Positions 45,824-54,427 of a DNA stretch of 61,081 nt are shown piece by piece. Positions within the stretch are counted from its first letter, which is position 1, and each line of letters begins with the position of its first letter. Position numbers and translations under genes: made by a program. Under the pieces are notes generated by a model, which saw only the letters and a program-made list of their open reading frames with translations, did no database searches and was not told where the DNA came from. This stretch comes from a virus (Duplodnaviria; Caudoviricetes), in IMG/VR virus record IMGVR_UViG_3300039308_000035. One strand, given 5' to 3'.

Positions 45824-46519
45824 ATGACACTTGAACTTCTCAAACAACAACTGAAAGAAACAGAGGAACTTGTAGCCCTAATTGAATCTGGCTCTGAGCA
45901 AAAAGGGCTTGAGATACAGGAGCGAGTCCAGGGAGCGATTAACAAACTGCACTCTCAGACTCAATCTGTGTTTGAGCAGTTCAAAGCTCAGTTTGTGGGA
46001 GTCGATGAACAACGGCAGCAACTCTATCAGGAAATCCAGAAAGCAAACTCGCTTCATCCTGAAACAGCAAAACTGATGCAGGTTCGGGCAACGCTCAACA
46101 ACCCGATCGACCTGAACGCAAAGCTCTGGAAACTGCAAACAGAGCATCCTCTTGACCAGTGGGAGGAGCGCATTAAATTAATGCGAGGTGTGATGCTGGC
46201 ATATCTCAAGCAGACTGGCGTTGAGCTATTGGTTCCCTGCTTGTGGCATCAGACAGCCAAACAAATCACTGATTTGCAATGGTCTGATCAGCTAATGACC
46301 CTGTTTCACAACAACTGGAAAACTTGGCTCAAGTTGCATTGGGCGATTCAGGATAAGCAAGTTTTCAATGAAATGAGTTACTGGATGTGGGCAGAGAGGC
46401 AGCCCACAAAATTGAGTTTTCAGCGTTGGCAAAAACTCAATCAAAAACTCCCTCCAGTGATTCGGACCATGCCTCACCTTGATCCGGAGTATACGAGTAG
46501 GTATGACCTCTTACAGTAA
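45824..46519 (+). CDS. Hypothetical coiled-coil, Trp-rich protein
   Basis: 231-aa ORF in the operon. Confidence 0.65.
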   Translation: MTLELLKQQLKETEELVALIESGSEQKGLEIQERVQGAINKLHSQTQSVFEQFKAQFVGVDEQRQQLYQEIQKANSLHPETAKLMQVRATLNNPIDLNAKLWKLQTEHPLDQWEERIKLMRGVMLAYLKQTGVELLVPCLWHQTAKQITDLQWSDQLMTLFHNNWKTWLKLHWAIQDKQVFNEMSYWMWAERQPTKLSFQRWQKLNQKLPPVIRTMPHLDPEYTSRYDLLQ

Positions 46520-46976
46520 GAGCTACTTCAGAGAAGGACTAACAGCAATTGTTTTTGTGAGTGTGATCGTCGGGTTAGGTTATGGCATCTGGCTCAACGC
46601 ACAACCCCGCCCGCTTTACCTCAACTCTTTCGGTGGACTGCTCCGATCGCTACAACCTCCATCTCCACTAGAAGAGAAACCAGCTATGCCGTTCCAGCTT
46701 CCGCAACTGTTCCAGTCAGAACAAGCGGAAGCACAACAGCAGAACCCGCCTGAACAACAGGTGGATGTAAAACAGGAACCAGCCGCGATCGAGCAGCAGC
46801 AAATAACAGTTGTAGTTGCTGACTGCGAGAGCAGCGCGGAGTACAGGCTAAACCGTTTTGAACAGTGGTACTATTACCGCGACTTCTATAACGTGCTTGA
46901 ACCCTGTCCAGGTTGGGAAACTGAATTCTCAGATGTAACAGGAGCAATTAATAATGGCGATACCGGGACTAGGTAA
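46503..46976 (+). CDS. Membrane-anchored protein
   Basis: AIVFVSVIVGLGYGIWL. Confidence 0.6.
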   Translation: MTSYSKSYFREGLTAIVFVSVIVGLGYGIWLNAQPRPLYLNSFGGLLRSLQPPSPLEEKPAMPFQLPQLFQSEQAEAQQQNPPEQQVDVKQEPAAIEQQQITVVVADCESSAEYRLNRFEQWYYYRDFYNVLEPCPGWETEFSDVTGAINNGDTGTR

Positions 46977-47457
46977 CGACAATCCCGAACTCAACAAAGG
47001 AGGATGGGAAGGCAGGCAAAATGACTCTCGCCCTTCATCTAGCAATGTTGGGTACAAAGGACAATTCACCAAGGGACTTGATGGGCTGTACAAGGTTGCA
47101 GGTATTTCACCAACAAACCTTGATTACATCTCTCCTGAAAACTTCGGGAAGGCTCAAGCCTACATGGATAACTTGGAGCTTAAAGGGAAGGACACCATCG
47201 AATACTTCAAGAAAATGGTTCCTGAAGCTTCCGCTACGGATCTCAAAGTGCAACAAGCAGCGCATGACGCAGAGATCAGGTTGGGCGATCATCGAGTGCT
47301 GGCAAGAGAGGCATTCATGAACAAGCGACGGGCAATGGAAGCCAATCGAGGTAAGGAAGCTGCTCAAGACCATGCCTATCAGCACGATCGGCAGGTTGTT
47401 GACGGCTATGTACAGGGACTAGAGCAGGCGATCGATAACGCTGTTGCGCTTGTCTAG
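46954..47457 (+). CDS. Hypothetical protein
   Basis: AGGAG RBS, 167 aa. Confidence 0.6.
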   Translation: MAIPGLGNDNPELNKGGWEGRQNDSRPSSSNVGYKGQFTKGLDGLYKVAGISPTNLDYISPENFGKAQAYMDNLELKGKDTIEYFKKMVPEASATDLKVQQAAHDAEIRLGDHRVLAREAFMNKRRAMEANRGKEAAQDHAYQHDRQVVDGYVQGLEQAIDNAVALV

Positions 47458-47490
47458 CTACGTTTGAAACAAATTCAGGAGAACAGAATA

Positions 47491-47739
47491 ATGTCTCAGC
47501 CGGATTATCTCAGTTCAATGTTCAGCTATGGCGAGGAGTTGTTTAAGCCGATTCAAGAACAGAAAAAAAAACACACAGAGCAGATAGTAAGGAGGGTGAG
47601 GGCGATCGACCAAGACGTAAGAACAGCAGCAGGAAACGCAAGCTCAAGCCCAAGCCTGGAAAAGGCTTATGAGCGTTCCGAAATGATTGAAAACCTTGCT
47701 CAAGATATGAAAAACCGTCCTGACGAGTACCCCATCTAA
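47491..47739 (+). CDS. Small hypothetical protein
   Basis: AGGAG upstream of ATG 47491. Confidence 0.55.
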   Translation: MSQPDYLSSMFSYGEELFKPIQEQKKKHTEQIVRRVRAIDQDVRTAAGNASSSPSLEKAYERSEMIENLAQDMKNRPDEYPI

Positions 47740-47758
47740 TCTTTTCTTGCAGTGAGCT

Positions 47759-47783
47759 ATGGGGCATTAAGCCCCATTTTTTG
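47759..47783 (+). terminator. Intrinsic terminator
   Basis: ATGGGGC-ATTAA-GCCCCAT followed by a T run. Confidence 0.6.
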
Positions 47784-47788
47784 TAGAT

Positions 47789-48031
47789 ATGAATCCTCAG
47801 ATCCTCAAGCAAATCTGTCTAGGATTGACAGGCACTCTATTAGGTGTGACAGTCCATCACGCTACAAATTGGCTGTTCATTAAATACCCTGCCTCATTTA
47901 TTTTGGGGCATCTGATCAGCATTGCGATCGTACTTTTCGGGCTGTATCTGCTGCGAGATGCAATCCAAGATTTTTTAGGCATCCAGATCAACTTAATTCC
48001 CCGCAGACAACAGGGAGGTAAAACACCATGA
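47789..48031 (+). CDS. Two-TM small membrane protein
   Basis: Two hydrophobic segments; ATGA-coupled to the FtsK gene. Confidence 0.65.
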   Translation: MNPQILKQICLGLTGTLLGVTVHHATNWLFIKYPASFILGHLISIAIVLFGLYLLRDAIQDFLGIQINLIPRRQQGGKTP

Positions 48032-50301
48032 CCTTAGCCCAAAAGGTTTGGGAACGTGACCAATTACGGAAAGAGCAGCGCACCTTAACAGTCTGGACAT
48101 TTGCCCTGCTTGGTGGAGCAACCTGCTCTGCTCTGATGTGGGGATTTCCTTTCAATGCACAAACCAAAACTCTGTATGGAATGCTGGCAGTTGGTTCCGC
48201 TGGCACTGCACTCGCTCTGGCTCATTCATCCTGCCGGATTGCCGAAGAACTCAAACCCGTGGAGGAAGACGTTGCCGCATACCGCAAGGTGAGCCAAACC
48301 ACGAATCGCGGTGCAATCGGGCTACGAGCAAAACAAATGCTCAGGGCAATAGCAGCACCCTCACAACCTCAAGTGATCCAGCAATTACCCGAATGGTTCG
48401 ATAAAACTTGTGATGCCGTCGAGCGTGTTTTCAGGCGGGCACAGCTACCCGTTGAGGTTATAGGGATTGAGCAGACTGAAACTGAGATTCACTATGTTTT
48501 GGAACGTCGATCGAATGAGCCAAGTTTGGCAGTTTTTCTAGTGAAAGGACAAACCCTATCAACAGAATTAATGCTGGAAGCCGGATTGTGCAAGGCTCAA
48601 CTAAAAATTCTGCCTTTCAAACTGGTTTTGATTGCGCCAATACAAGAGCCTCAGCTAGTTGAGCAGTCATTCAATCTGTTGCATCAGTTTTTAATGCAGA
48701 ATCAACAGAAAACAGTCCGTCAATCTACACAAACTATTGCTGTCCCTCACCGTGAGATAAAAGAGGAGATATCTGCAGGTTCAGTTGAGCCAACCCATCC
48801 AGACACAACAACCATTGGACAAACGATCGCCTCAACTCTGCAAGCCTACGGCATTAATACACAGGTGATTGATGCAATTGAAGGCATGGCAATCGATCGC
48901 TATTGGGTGCAGCTGCCACCAGGGAAACGAGTTGCAGAAATTGAAAAGCACGCTAATGAATTATGGCTAAACTTGCAGCTTTCACAATCTCCCATGATCA
49001 GCATTGACCGTGGAGCCGTGGCGATCGATGTTCCTCGCAAAGATCGGAAGTTCTGCAAGTTTACTGACTATGTTCAGTTGGAAGGCAACCGATCGAGCGC
49101 GGAAGAACTGGTTGCAGTGATTGGCTTAGATTTGCTCGGTAACGTGGTAGAACTCAACATCGCGTCACCTGACTCCTGCCAGGTCAGAGGCGGCGGCTGC
49201 ACAGGTAGCGGAAAATCTGAAGGCATTGCGTCACTGATCCTGAGCTTGGCGCATCGCTACCCACCCGAGGAACTGCAAATCTACATTGCAGACGGCAAAA
49301 TGCACACCTACACCGAACTGGAGCGGCTGCCTCATCTAGCGATGCAGATTGCTCGCACTCCAGACGAATTGATAACAATGGCAACGATCGTTGCTAATCA
49401 AATGGATGAGCGATATGGCAAAACATTCGCTGAGTATGGTTGTGCCGACATCAAGACCTATCGCAAGAAATCAGGCTTCATTCTGCCTCGCATTTTGTTC
49501 ATCATCGATGAGTATGGCGACTTCAGAAATCAGTTCATCTCTGCTGCCAGAACAACAGAATTCTCTAGGTTAGAGGCAACCTGCACTCGCATTGGACAGA
49601 AAGGGAGATCTAGCGGCATCCATGAAGGCATTTTTACTCAGAAGCCATCGGTCGAGGTTTTGGATTCAGAACTTCGATCTCAGCTTAAAGCAGCACTCGC
49701 TTTCAAGATGGAATTTCCCCAGGAATCTGCCTGCATCCTTGGCGATTCCAATATGAAGGCAGACAAGCTATTAGGGAAAGGTGACGGCATTCTTGCTTAT
49801 GGCTCTGAGGAAATCCGCTTCCAAGGGTTGTTCTGCGGCATTGAAGACGGACTGCTGCCGGGACTAATCGATCGCTGCCTGTCCGTCTATCAAGGCTATC
49901 CCACGGTTGAAGTGCAAGCCATTCCTGTCCCTGCTCCGCAGGCCTCGGAGAATGACCCCTACAGCTACCGTTACCCGCCGAACTGGGGTTACATCAGCCA
50001 ACTCACTAAGCAGATGACCGATGGTTACTGCTGCTTTCCAGGCTGCGCTAATCAAGCAACAGAGACGCATCATGCGATGTACGAAGAAGACGGCAAGCCG
50101 ATCGTCTCCAATCCCGTTCCTGGCAGGCATGTCTATCCCCTTTGCGACATCCATCACGGCAAAGAACATCCACGGGGGGCGCACAACCCGAAGAACTGGA
50201 CAAAGGGGACGTGCAAAGAGCCGCTGGAAATTGACTCTCGCAACACTCCTGACTATCACAAGCTGTTAATTGCGGGCTGGCAGGAAAAGTTGTCACAGTA
50301 A
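48028..50301 (+). CDS. FtsK/SpoIIIE-family DNA translocase with N-terminal TMs and C-terminal HNH-like domain
   Basis: GGCTGSGKS, ILFIIDEY, GRSSGIH..TQKPS, KLLGKGDG; C-terminus RYPPNW...CCFPGC...HH...LCDIHH. Confidence 0.88.
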   Translation: MTLAQKVWERDQLRKEQRTLTVWTFALLGGATCSALMWGFPFNAQTKTLYGMLAVGSAGTALALAHSSCRIAEELKPVEEDVAAYRKVSQTTNRGAIGLRAKQMLRAIAAPSQPQVIQQLPEWFDKTCDAVERVFRRAQLPVEVIGIEQTETEIHYVLERRSNEPSLAVFLVKGQTLSTELMLEAGLCKAQLKILPFKLVLIAPIQEPQLVEQSFNLLHQFLMQNQQKTVRQSTQTIAVPHREIKEEISAGSVEPTHPDTTTIGQTIASTLQAYGINTQVIDAIEGMAIDRYWVQLPPGKRVAEIEKHANELWLNLQLSQSPMISIDRGAVAIDVPRKDRKFCKFTDYVQLEGNRSSAEELVAVIGLDLLGNVVELNIASPDSCQVRGGGCTGSGKSEGIASLILSLAHRYPPEELQIYIADGKMHTYTELERLPHLAMQIARTPDELITMATIVANQMDERYGKTFAEYGCADIKTYRKKSGFILPRILFIIDEYGDFRNQFISAARTTEFSRLEATCTRIGQKGRSSGIHEGIFTQKPSVEVLDSELRSQLKAALAFKMEFPQESACILGDSNMKADKLLGKGDGILAYGSEEIRFQGLFCGIEDGLLPGLIDRCLSVYQGYPTVEVQAIPVPAPQASENDPYSYRYPPNWGYISQLTKQMTDGYCCFPGCANQATETHHAMYEEDGKPIVSNPVPGRHVYPLCDIHHGKEHPRGAHNPKNWTKGTCKEPLEIDSRNTPDYHKLLIAGWQEKLSQ

Positions 50302-50356
50302 GGGAGTCTTAATACTCGCACTGTTCTAGGGGACAGATCATCAGGCAATTCTTTCG

Positions 50357-51238
50357 TTAAGACGGATTGAAAGTGCCACCGCGTTTATTAGCTTCAACCT
50401 TAAATTCATGCTTGCAATGCAAACATTGTGTCTTTGTTTTGCCAAGTCCAACAGACACATCTTTTCCACAGTAAGGGCAGGCCCCAACTAAGCTAGATGT
50501 CCATTCATCGACACCTAGAAGAAATCCTAAAAATACGATGATCGCTGCAAACACTGCTCCGAATAGGGAGAAAAACACAAGAATCAGACCTGTAACGAAC
50601 GCCGCAGCAGTTCCCAATCCTAAGCGCTCCGAAAACTCCATTCGTTTAAACTTGACTTTTGTAGGCTGTGGATTGGGGCTTACTTCAGGAATTGGTGCAA
50701 CGGTAGGGAGTGGCTGATTGGGATTCCATTGATAGGCACATTTCATGCAAGTTAGGTTAATGTCATTTGCTCCAATAAACCCACCTGCTAACCCTACAGG
50801 ACCTAGCAGAACAGCTCCGACGATCGCATTACCTCCACTGAACCCCTTCTTTTGCACCATAATCTGTGTGGACTTGCAGCGTGGGCAGCGGATTGTTTCT
50901 TCTTCCGGCTCACTTTGTTGGACAGAACTAGCCACTGGCGGAGCCAACTGCACTCCTAGCTGAATCTCTTCAATCCAGCTCGGCATCACTTCGCCTGTCT
51001 GCTGTCCACAAATTTTGACAAGCTTAATCCCTTTTGGCTGAAGGCTGGATAAGCCTTTCTGAATGAAGCCAACAACAGCCCTTTGATTCGGTGGTGCAAC
51101 TGATTCAATCAAAAGCTGCAAGCAATTATTTTTAAGCACAGCCTGAGCTGTTAATCCCTTTGGCTGAAACGATTGATTGATGAGAGCAGCAATTGCTTGC
51201 GGGTCACCTTGCCTGGCGAGCTGCGATAGATCACTCAT
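50357..51238 (-). CDS. Membrane protein with two zinc ribbons
   Basis: CPRC...KKGFSGGNAIVGAVLLGPVG...CMKC, two TMs, CPYC...CLHC; GGGCACTTT element at 51266-51274. Confidence 0.7.
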   Translation of the reverse strand: MSDLSQLARQGDPQAIAALINQSFQPKGLTAQAVLKNNCLQLLIESVAPPNQRAVVGFIQKGLSSLQPKGIKLVKICGQQTGEVMPSWIEEIQLGVQLAPPVASSVQQSEPEEETIRCPRCKSTQIMVQKKGFSGGNAIVGAVLLGPVGLAGGFIGANDINLTCMKCAYQWNPNQPLPTVAPIPEVSPNPQPTKVKFKRMEFSERLGLGTAAAFVTGLILVFFSLFGAVFAAIIVFLGFLLGVDEWTSSLVGACPYCGKDVSVGLGKTKTQCLHCKHEFKVEANKRGGTFNPS

Positions 51239-51484
51239 AACTTCTCCCGTGGAATGGATGAGTTTAAAGTGCCCAGAAATGAGATGAGCCACCCCGAAAC
51301 AGCAGCTTTCCACGGGAGCGATCGGAGTGGCTCAACTTGATTCTGCCCAATCCAGCAGGCGATCGCTTTGTTCTAGGGGATAGTTCACAGTATTGAATTT
51401 TGCACAAACGCTATATCAATACAATGAAATGCTGTTTAGCTGATTAGCCGTAATGCTGATTTCTGGCGAGTTACAGGAATCAGG

Positions 51485-51673
51485 ATGACAGAGAAGCGTA
51501 AACCCGGCAGACCTAAAGGCAAGCGGTCAGATCCGGACTATATCCTCTGCTGTGGTCTGGTTAAAAAGAAAACCTTGAAGCAGGTCAAACACCTGCTGCT
51601 CGATCGCGACCTGGAACTCTCACAGCTTATGGAACAACTGTTTCAGGAGTGGATCGATCAAAATTCTCAATAA
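51485..51673 (+). CDS. Ribbon-helix-helix-like small DNA-binding protein
   Basis: GRPKGKRSDPDY...LSQLMEQLFQEW. Confidence 0.7.
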   Translation: MTEKRKPGRPKGKRSDPDYILCCGLVKKKTLKQVKHLLLDRDLELSQLMEQLFQEWIDQNSQ

Positions 51674-51815
51674 TGCACAAATGAAAAGATAAAACTATCG
51701 ATCGTGCTCTATCGTTATCGATCAAAGTTCCAATCCTGTAGATCGGTTGTATCACTGCCGAAAGACCTGAGATACCCTAGCGATAGGGCATCCACCACTC
51801 AGGGATGCAGTATTC

Positions 51816-52166
51816 ATGCAGCAAAGTGTTCGACAGTACAAAAATTGGTTGATTTTGATCTCTCAAGTTCAAAGAGAATGGGGCTTTGTCGTTTGCGCTA
51901 AAGAAGGTGAGCCCCTGACAGACCATCATGAATATGAAACCGCAGCACAAGCCAGTATTGCAGCAGAGTCTTTTATTGATTGCGTGATGGGCTGTTCTGA
52001 ACTAAGAGGACTGTTGGACGAATGGTTTGAAGCTGGTTCTATTAGTGCAGACCAGTACGGACAGGCAGAATGTCTGATAGTCACGATCGCTAGAGCACAG
52101 ATTTTGCATCGCTCAACAGTCGTTCAAGCACTGACTCAGCCACCTCCAGAAATTCCGCCCGATTGA
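51816..52166 (+). CDS. Hypothetical protein
   Basis: 116-aa ORF. Confidence 0.55.
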   Translation: MQQSVRQYKNWLILISQVQREWGFVVCAKEGEPLTDHHEYETAAQASIAAESFIDCVMGCSELRGLLDEWFEAGSISADQYGQAECLIVTIARAQILHRSTVVQALTQPPPEIPPD

Positions 52167-52461
52167 GCGCTTTAATATCCTGCTTAATTTGCTCTACGCC
52201 TTGTAGCGGCTTGATTGGCACTGAATCAAGGTATGACTCTAACTCATTTGGAGTCATACCAATCGCTTTAGCAATTTTTTCGCGTGTGTCTGGACTTGGA
52301 TAGCTTATGCCGTCGAGATAGGCGCTCAACGAAGTTGGGTTCAGCCCGATTCGTCGAGCAAGGGCACGACTGGACAACCCATGCCTAGCGCGAAATTCGC
52401 GCAATAAATCAGACAATCGCCCTTTTTTTTCTTGCGTACTCAAAATTCCAACGTAGAACAC
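52090..52461 (-). CDS. XRE HTH repressor (CI-like)
   Basis: FRARHGLSSRALARRIGLNPTSLSAYLDGISYPS; divergent from the early operon. Confidence 0.85.
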   Translation of the reverse strand: MFYVGILSTQEKKGRLSDLLREFRARHGLSSRALARRIGLNPTSLSAYLDGISYPSPDTREKIAKAIGMTPNELESYLDSVPIKPLQGVEQIKQDIKALNRAEFLEVAESVLERLLSDAKSVL

Positions 52462-52480
52462 CCCTGCGATCTAATCATGT

Positions 52481-52592
52481 CTGACAACAAGCCTTAATCA
52501 TGCAAAGTGTTGTCAGGAAATTGTTGACATTCTGTTGGTAAAAAGTGAACATCAATTTAGCTCAAACGTTTAAACACTTAAACACTTAAACC
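52481..52592. promoter_or_regulatory. Lysis/lysogeny switch region
   Basis: Inverted CTGACAACA/TGTTGTCAG (52481-52516), TTGACA at 52524, tandem TAAACACT before ATG 52593. Confidence 0.6.
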
Positions 52593-52781
52593 ATGAAAAG
52601 AAGGGATTACCCCTTGGTTGGGGTTGAACCGAGGACACACACAGACTTGAAAGTTTATTCAGTCACGACGAAGCAACACATGAGCGACATTGCTTCGATC
52701 GCAATTCGTGAATGGCTCGATCGCCAAGGAAAGCAGAAATCCCAGGAAGCACAAACCCCATGCATCTCGATCGCTTCCTAA
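52593..52781 (+). CDS. Cro-position small DNA-binding protein (RHH-like)
   Basis: 62 aa, divergent from the repressor; MSDIASIAIREWL. Confidence 0.7.
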   Translation: MKRRDYPLVGVEPRTHTDLKVYSVTTKQHMSDIASIAIREWLDRQGKQKSQEAQTPCISIAS

Positions 52782-52853
52782 TGCACAGCAATAAAAATAG
52801 CCGCAGTCTTTTCCAGGGACACAACGGCTACCAGTCATTTTCAAAAATTTCCT

Positions 52854-53066
52854 ATGGCACATATCTTAACACGACAACTATCCAAAGATAGATCTTCCTC
52901 TGGAGAGAGAAAGCTAGACGATCGATTGTTGCACCTGGCACAACTCTCAGGCTTAACCGCTGCTGAGCGGGAACTTGTGGCGCATTGGGTTGCGCACGGC
53001 GTTCCACAAAATCATCGATCAAGCTTTGACTTCATGTGGCGCAAGCATTGTGGAGGTCCGGCATGA
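52854..53066 (+). CDS. Early hypothetical protein
   Basis: Coupled to the next ORF. Confidence 0.55.
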   Translation: MAHILTRQLSKDRSSSGERKLDDRLLHLAQLSGLTAAERELVAHWVAHGVPQNHRSSFDFMWRKHCGGPA

Positions 53067-53383
53067 GATACGCCTGGACACGAACTCTCTACAACGGCTA
53101 TGAGCCAAACAATCGCATCACTTTCATTGCCGAAAAAGAGCCAGATGGCAAAACCTACACCGCGGCTGGCTTAATCGGAAATCTGAGTTTTAGAGATGGT
53201 CCAGCGTTTTGCTGCATCACCCGAGCCTCTGACGGCTTTCACTGGGAAACTGATCTGCGATCGGGTGTGGCGGAGAGTTTTGAGGCTGCCTGGTCGAACT
53301 TGCAAGCACTGGTCACCCATGCCGACCACTTTGAAGAGTCGGAAATTTTTGAACTACCAGGAGTTGAGGAGGTGTTTGCATGA
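53063..53383 (+). CDS. Early hypothetical protein
   Basis: GGAGG RBS, ATGA overlap. Confidence 0.6.
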   Translation: MRYAWTRTLYNGYEPNNRITFIAEKEPDGKTYTAAGLIGNLSFRDGPAFCCITRASDGFHWETDLRSGVAESFEAAWSNLQALVTHADHFEESEIFELPGVEEVFA

Positions 53384-53823
53384 CGACCCCTAGAACCCAG
53401 GCAGAAGAGTTTTTGCCTGCCATTGAGGTGGCAATCGAACCAAAGGAGGGACAAGTCATGAGTGAGGCGATCGAATTGCTTAATCAGTGGTCGCAGTTGG
53501 AGCCGGAGCGATGCAAACAACGTAATACCACTTTTGATTTTTTTGACGGAACTGACGATTCTCCAGCCGCTGATATGGCCGACCCCGAACTGTTGGATTT
53601 CAACTTTGGCATCGTCCAGCGGCAGGTTCAGAAGGCGATCGTTACTCGCAAACTGTTTTACCGTCTGGAGTCTACTCGTGAAGGACACCACTACGCAACG
53701 CTTCGGGATTTGGATAGCGGTTGCCATGCGAGCGGGAATGCTGCGGAACCTGCTTTAGCACTGCTTCAGACTTATGTGCAGTGGTTAGAGAAATCAGCGG
53801 CGAAGCAGGGGGCAGCATCATGA
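53380..53823 (+). CDS. Early hypothetical protein (paralog A)
   Basis: WSQLEPERC...EPALALLQTY. Confidence 0.65.
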   Translation: MTTPRTQAEEFLPAIEVAIEPKEGQVMSEAIELLNQWSQLEPERCKQRNTTFDFFDGTDDSPAADMADPELLDFNFGIVQRQVQKAIVTRKLFYRLESTREGHHYATLRDLDSGCHASGNAAEPALALLQTYVQWLEKSAAKQGAAS

Positions 53824-54191
53824 CTACTCTTGTCGAGATGCTGAAACGGTGGGCTGAACTGGAACCCGATCGATGCTCCTTACATAGACACATCATCGGA
53901 GGTCTGCACGTTCTAGCGAGTGCGGGACATTGGCTAGGAATTACTCAGGATGAGATCGACTGGAGTGATTACGCCAGAACCCAAGTGGCTGTGCAATACG
54001 CGATCGTCTCTCGCAACCTTCAGGCAACGCTAGAGAATACTGCTCACATCTGGCTTGCCACAGTAAAACGTCCAATCACCGCTGCTGGATGCCCTTATCT
54101 CGCTTGTGCAACGGACACTGAACCCGCGCTGGCATTGCTCAAGGCTTACATCAACTCGTTAGAGCACGAGCAACAGGAGGCAACACCATGA
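53820..54191 (+). CDS. Early hypothetical protein (paralog B)
   Basis: WAELEPDRC...EPALALLKAY. Confidence 0.65.
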   Translation: MTTLVEMLKRWAELEPDRCSLHRHIIGGLHVLASAGHWLGITQDEIDWSDYARTQVAVQYAIVSRNLQATLENTAHIWLATVKRPITAAGCPYLACATDTEPALALLKAYINSLEHEQQEATP

Positions 54192-54427
54192 GCAGATATC
54201 GCAACATCGGCACACCTGTTCCCGGTAAGTTTCGGGCAGGCGATCGAGCCATTACCCAGAAGCAATGTGGACAGATTCCGATCGGGCAACCTTGCAGGGT
54301 TGAGCAGTCGATCCGGATGGGGCAGGGACGATCGGCTTATTATCTTTGCCTCGTTCGCTCCGGAGGGCGATCGGCTTGGGCAAGAGAGGGGGATTTGAGA
54401 CGGGCGATCGAAAGGCAAGAGAAATGA
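54188..54427 (+). CDS. Small SH3/KOW-like protein
   Basis: KFRAGDR motif, AGGAGG RBS. Confidence 0.55.
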   Translation: MSRYRNIGTPVPGKFRAGDRAITQKQCGQIPIGQPCRVEQSIRMGQGRSAYYLCLVRSGGRSAWAREGDLRRAIERQEK

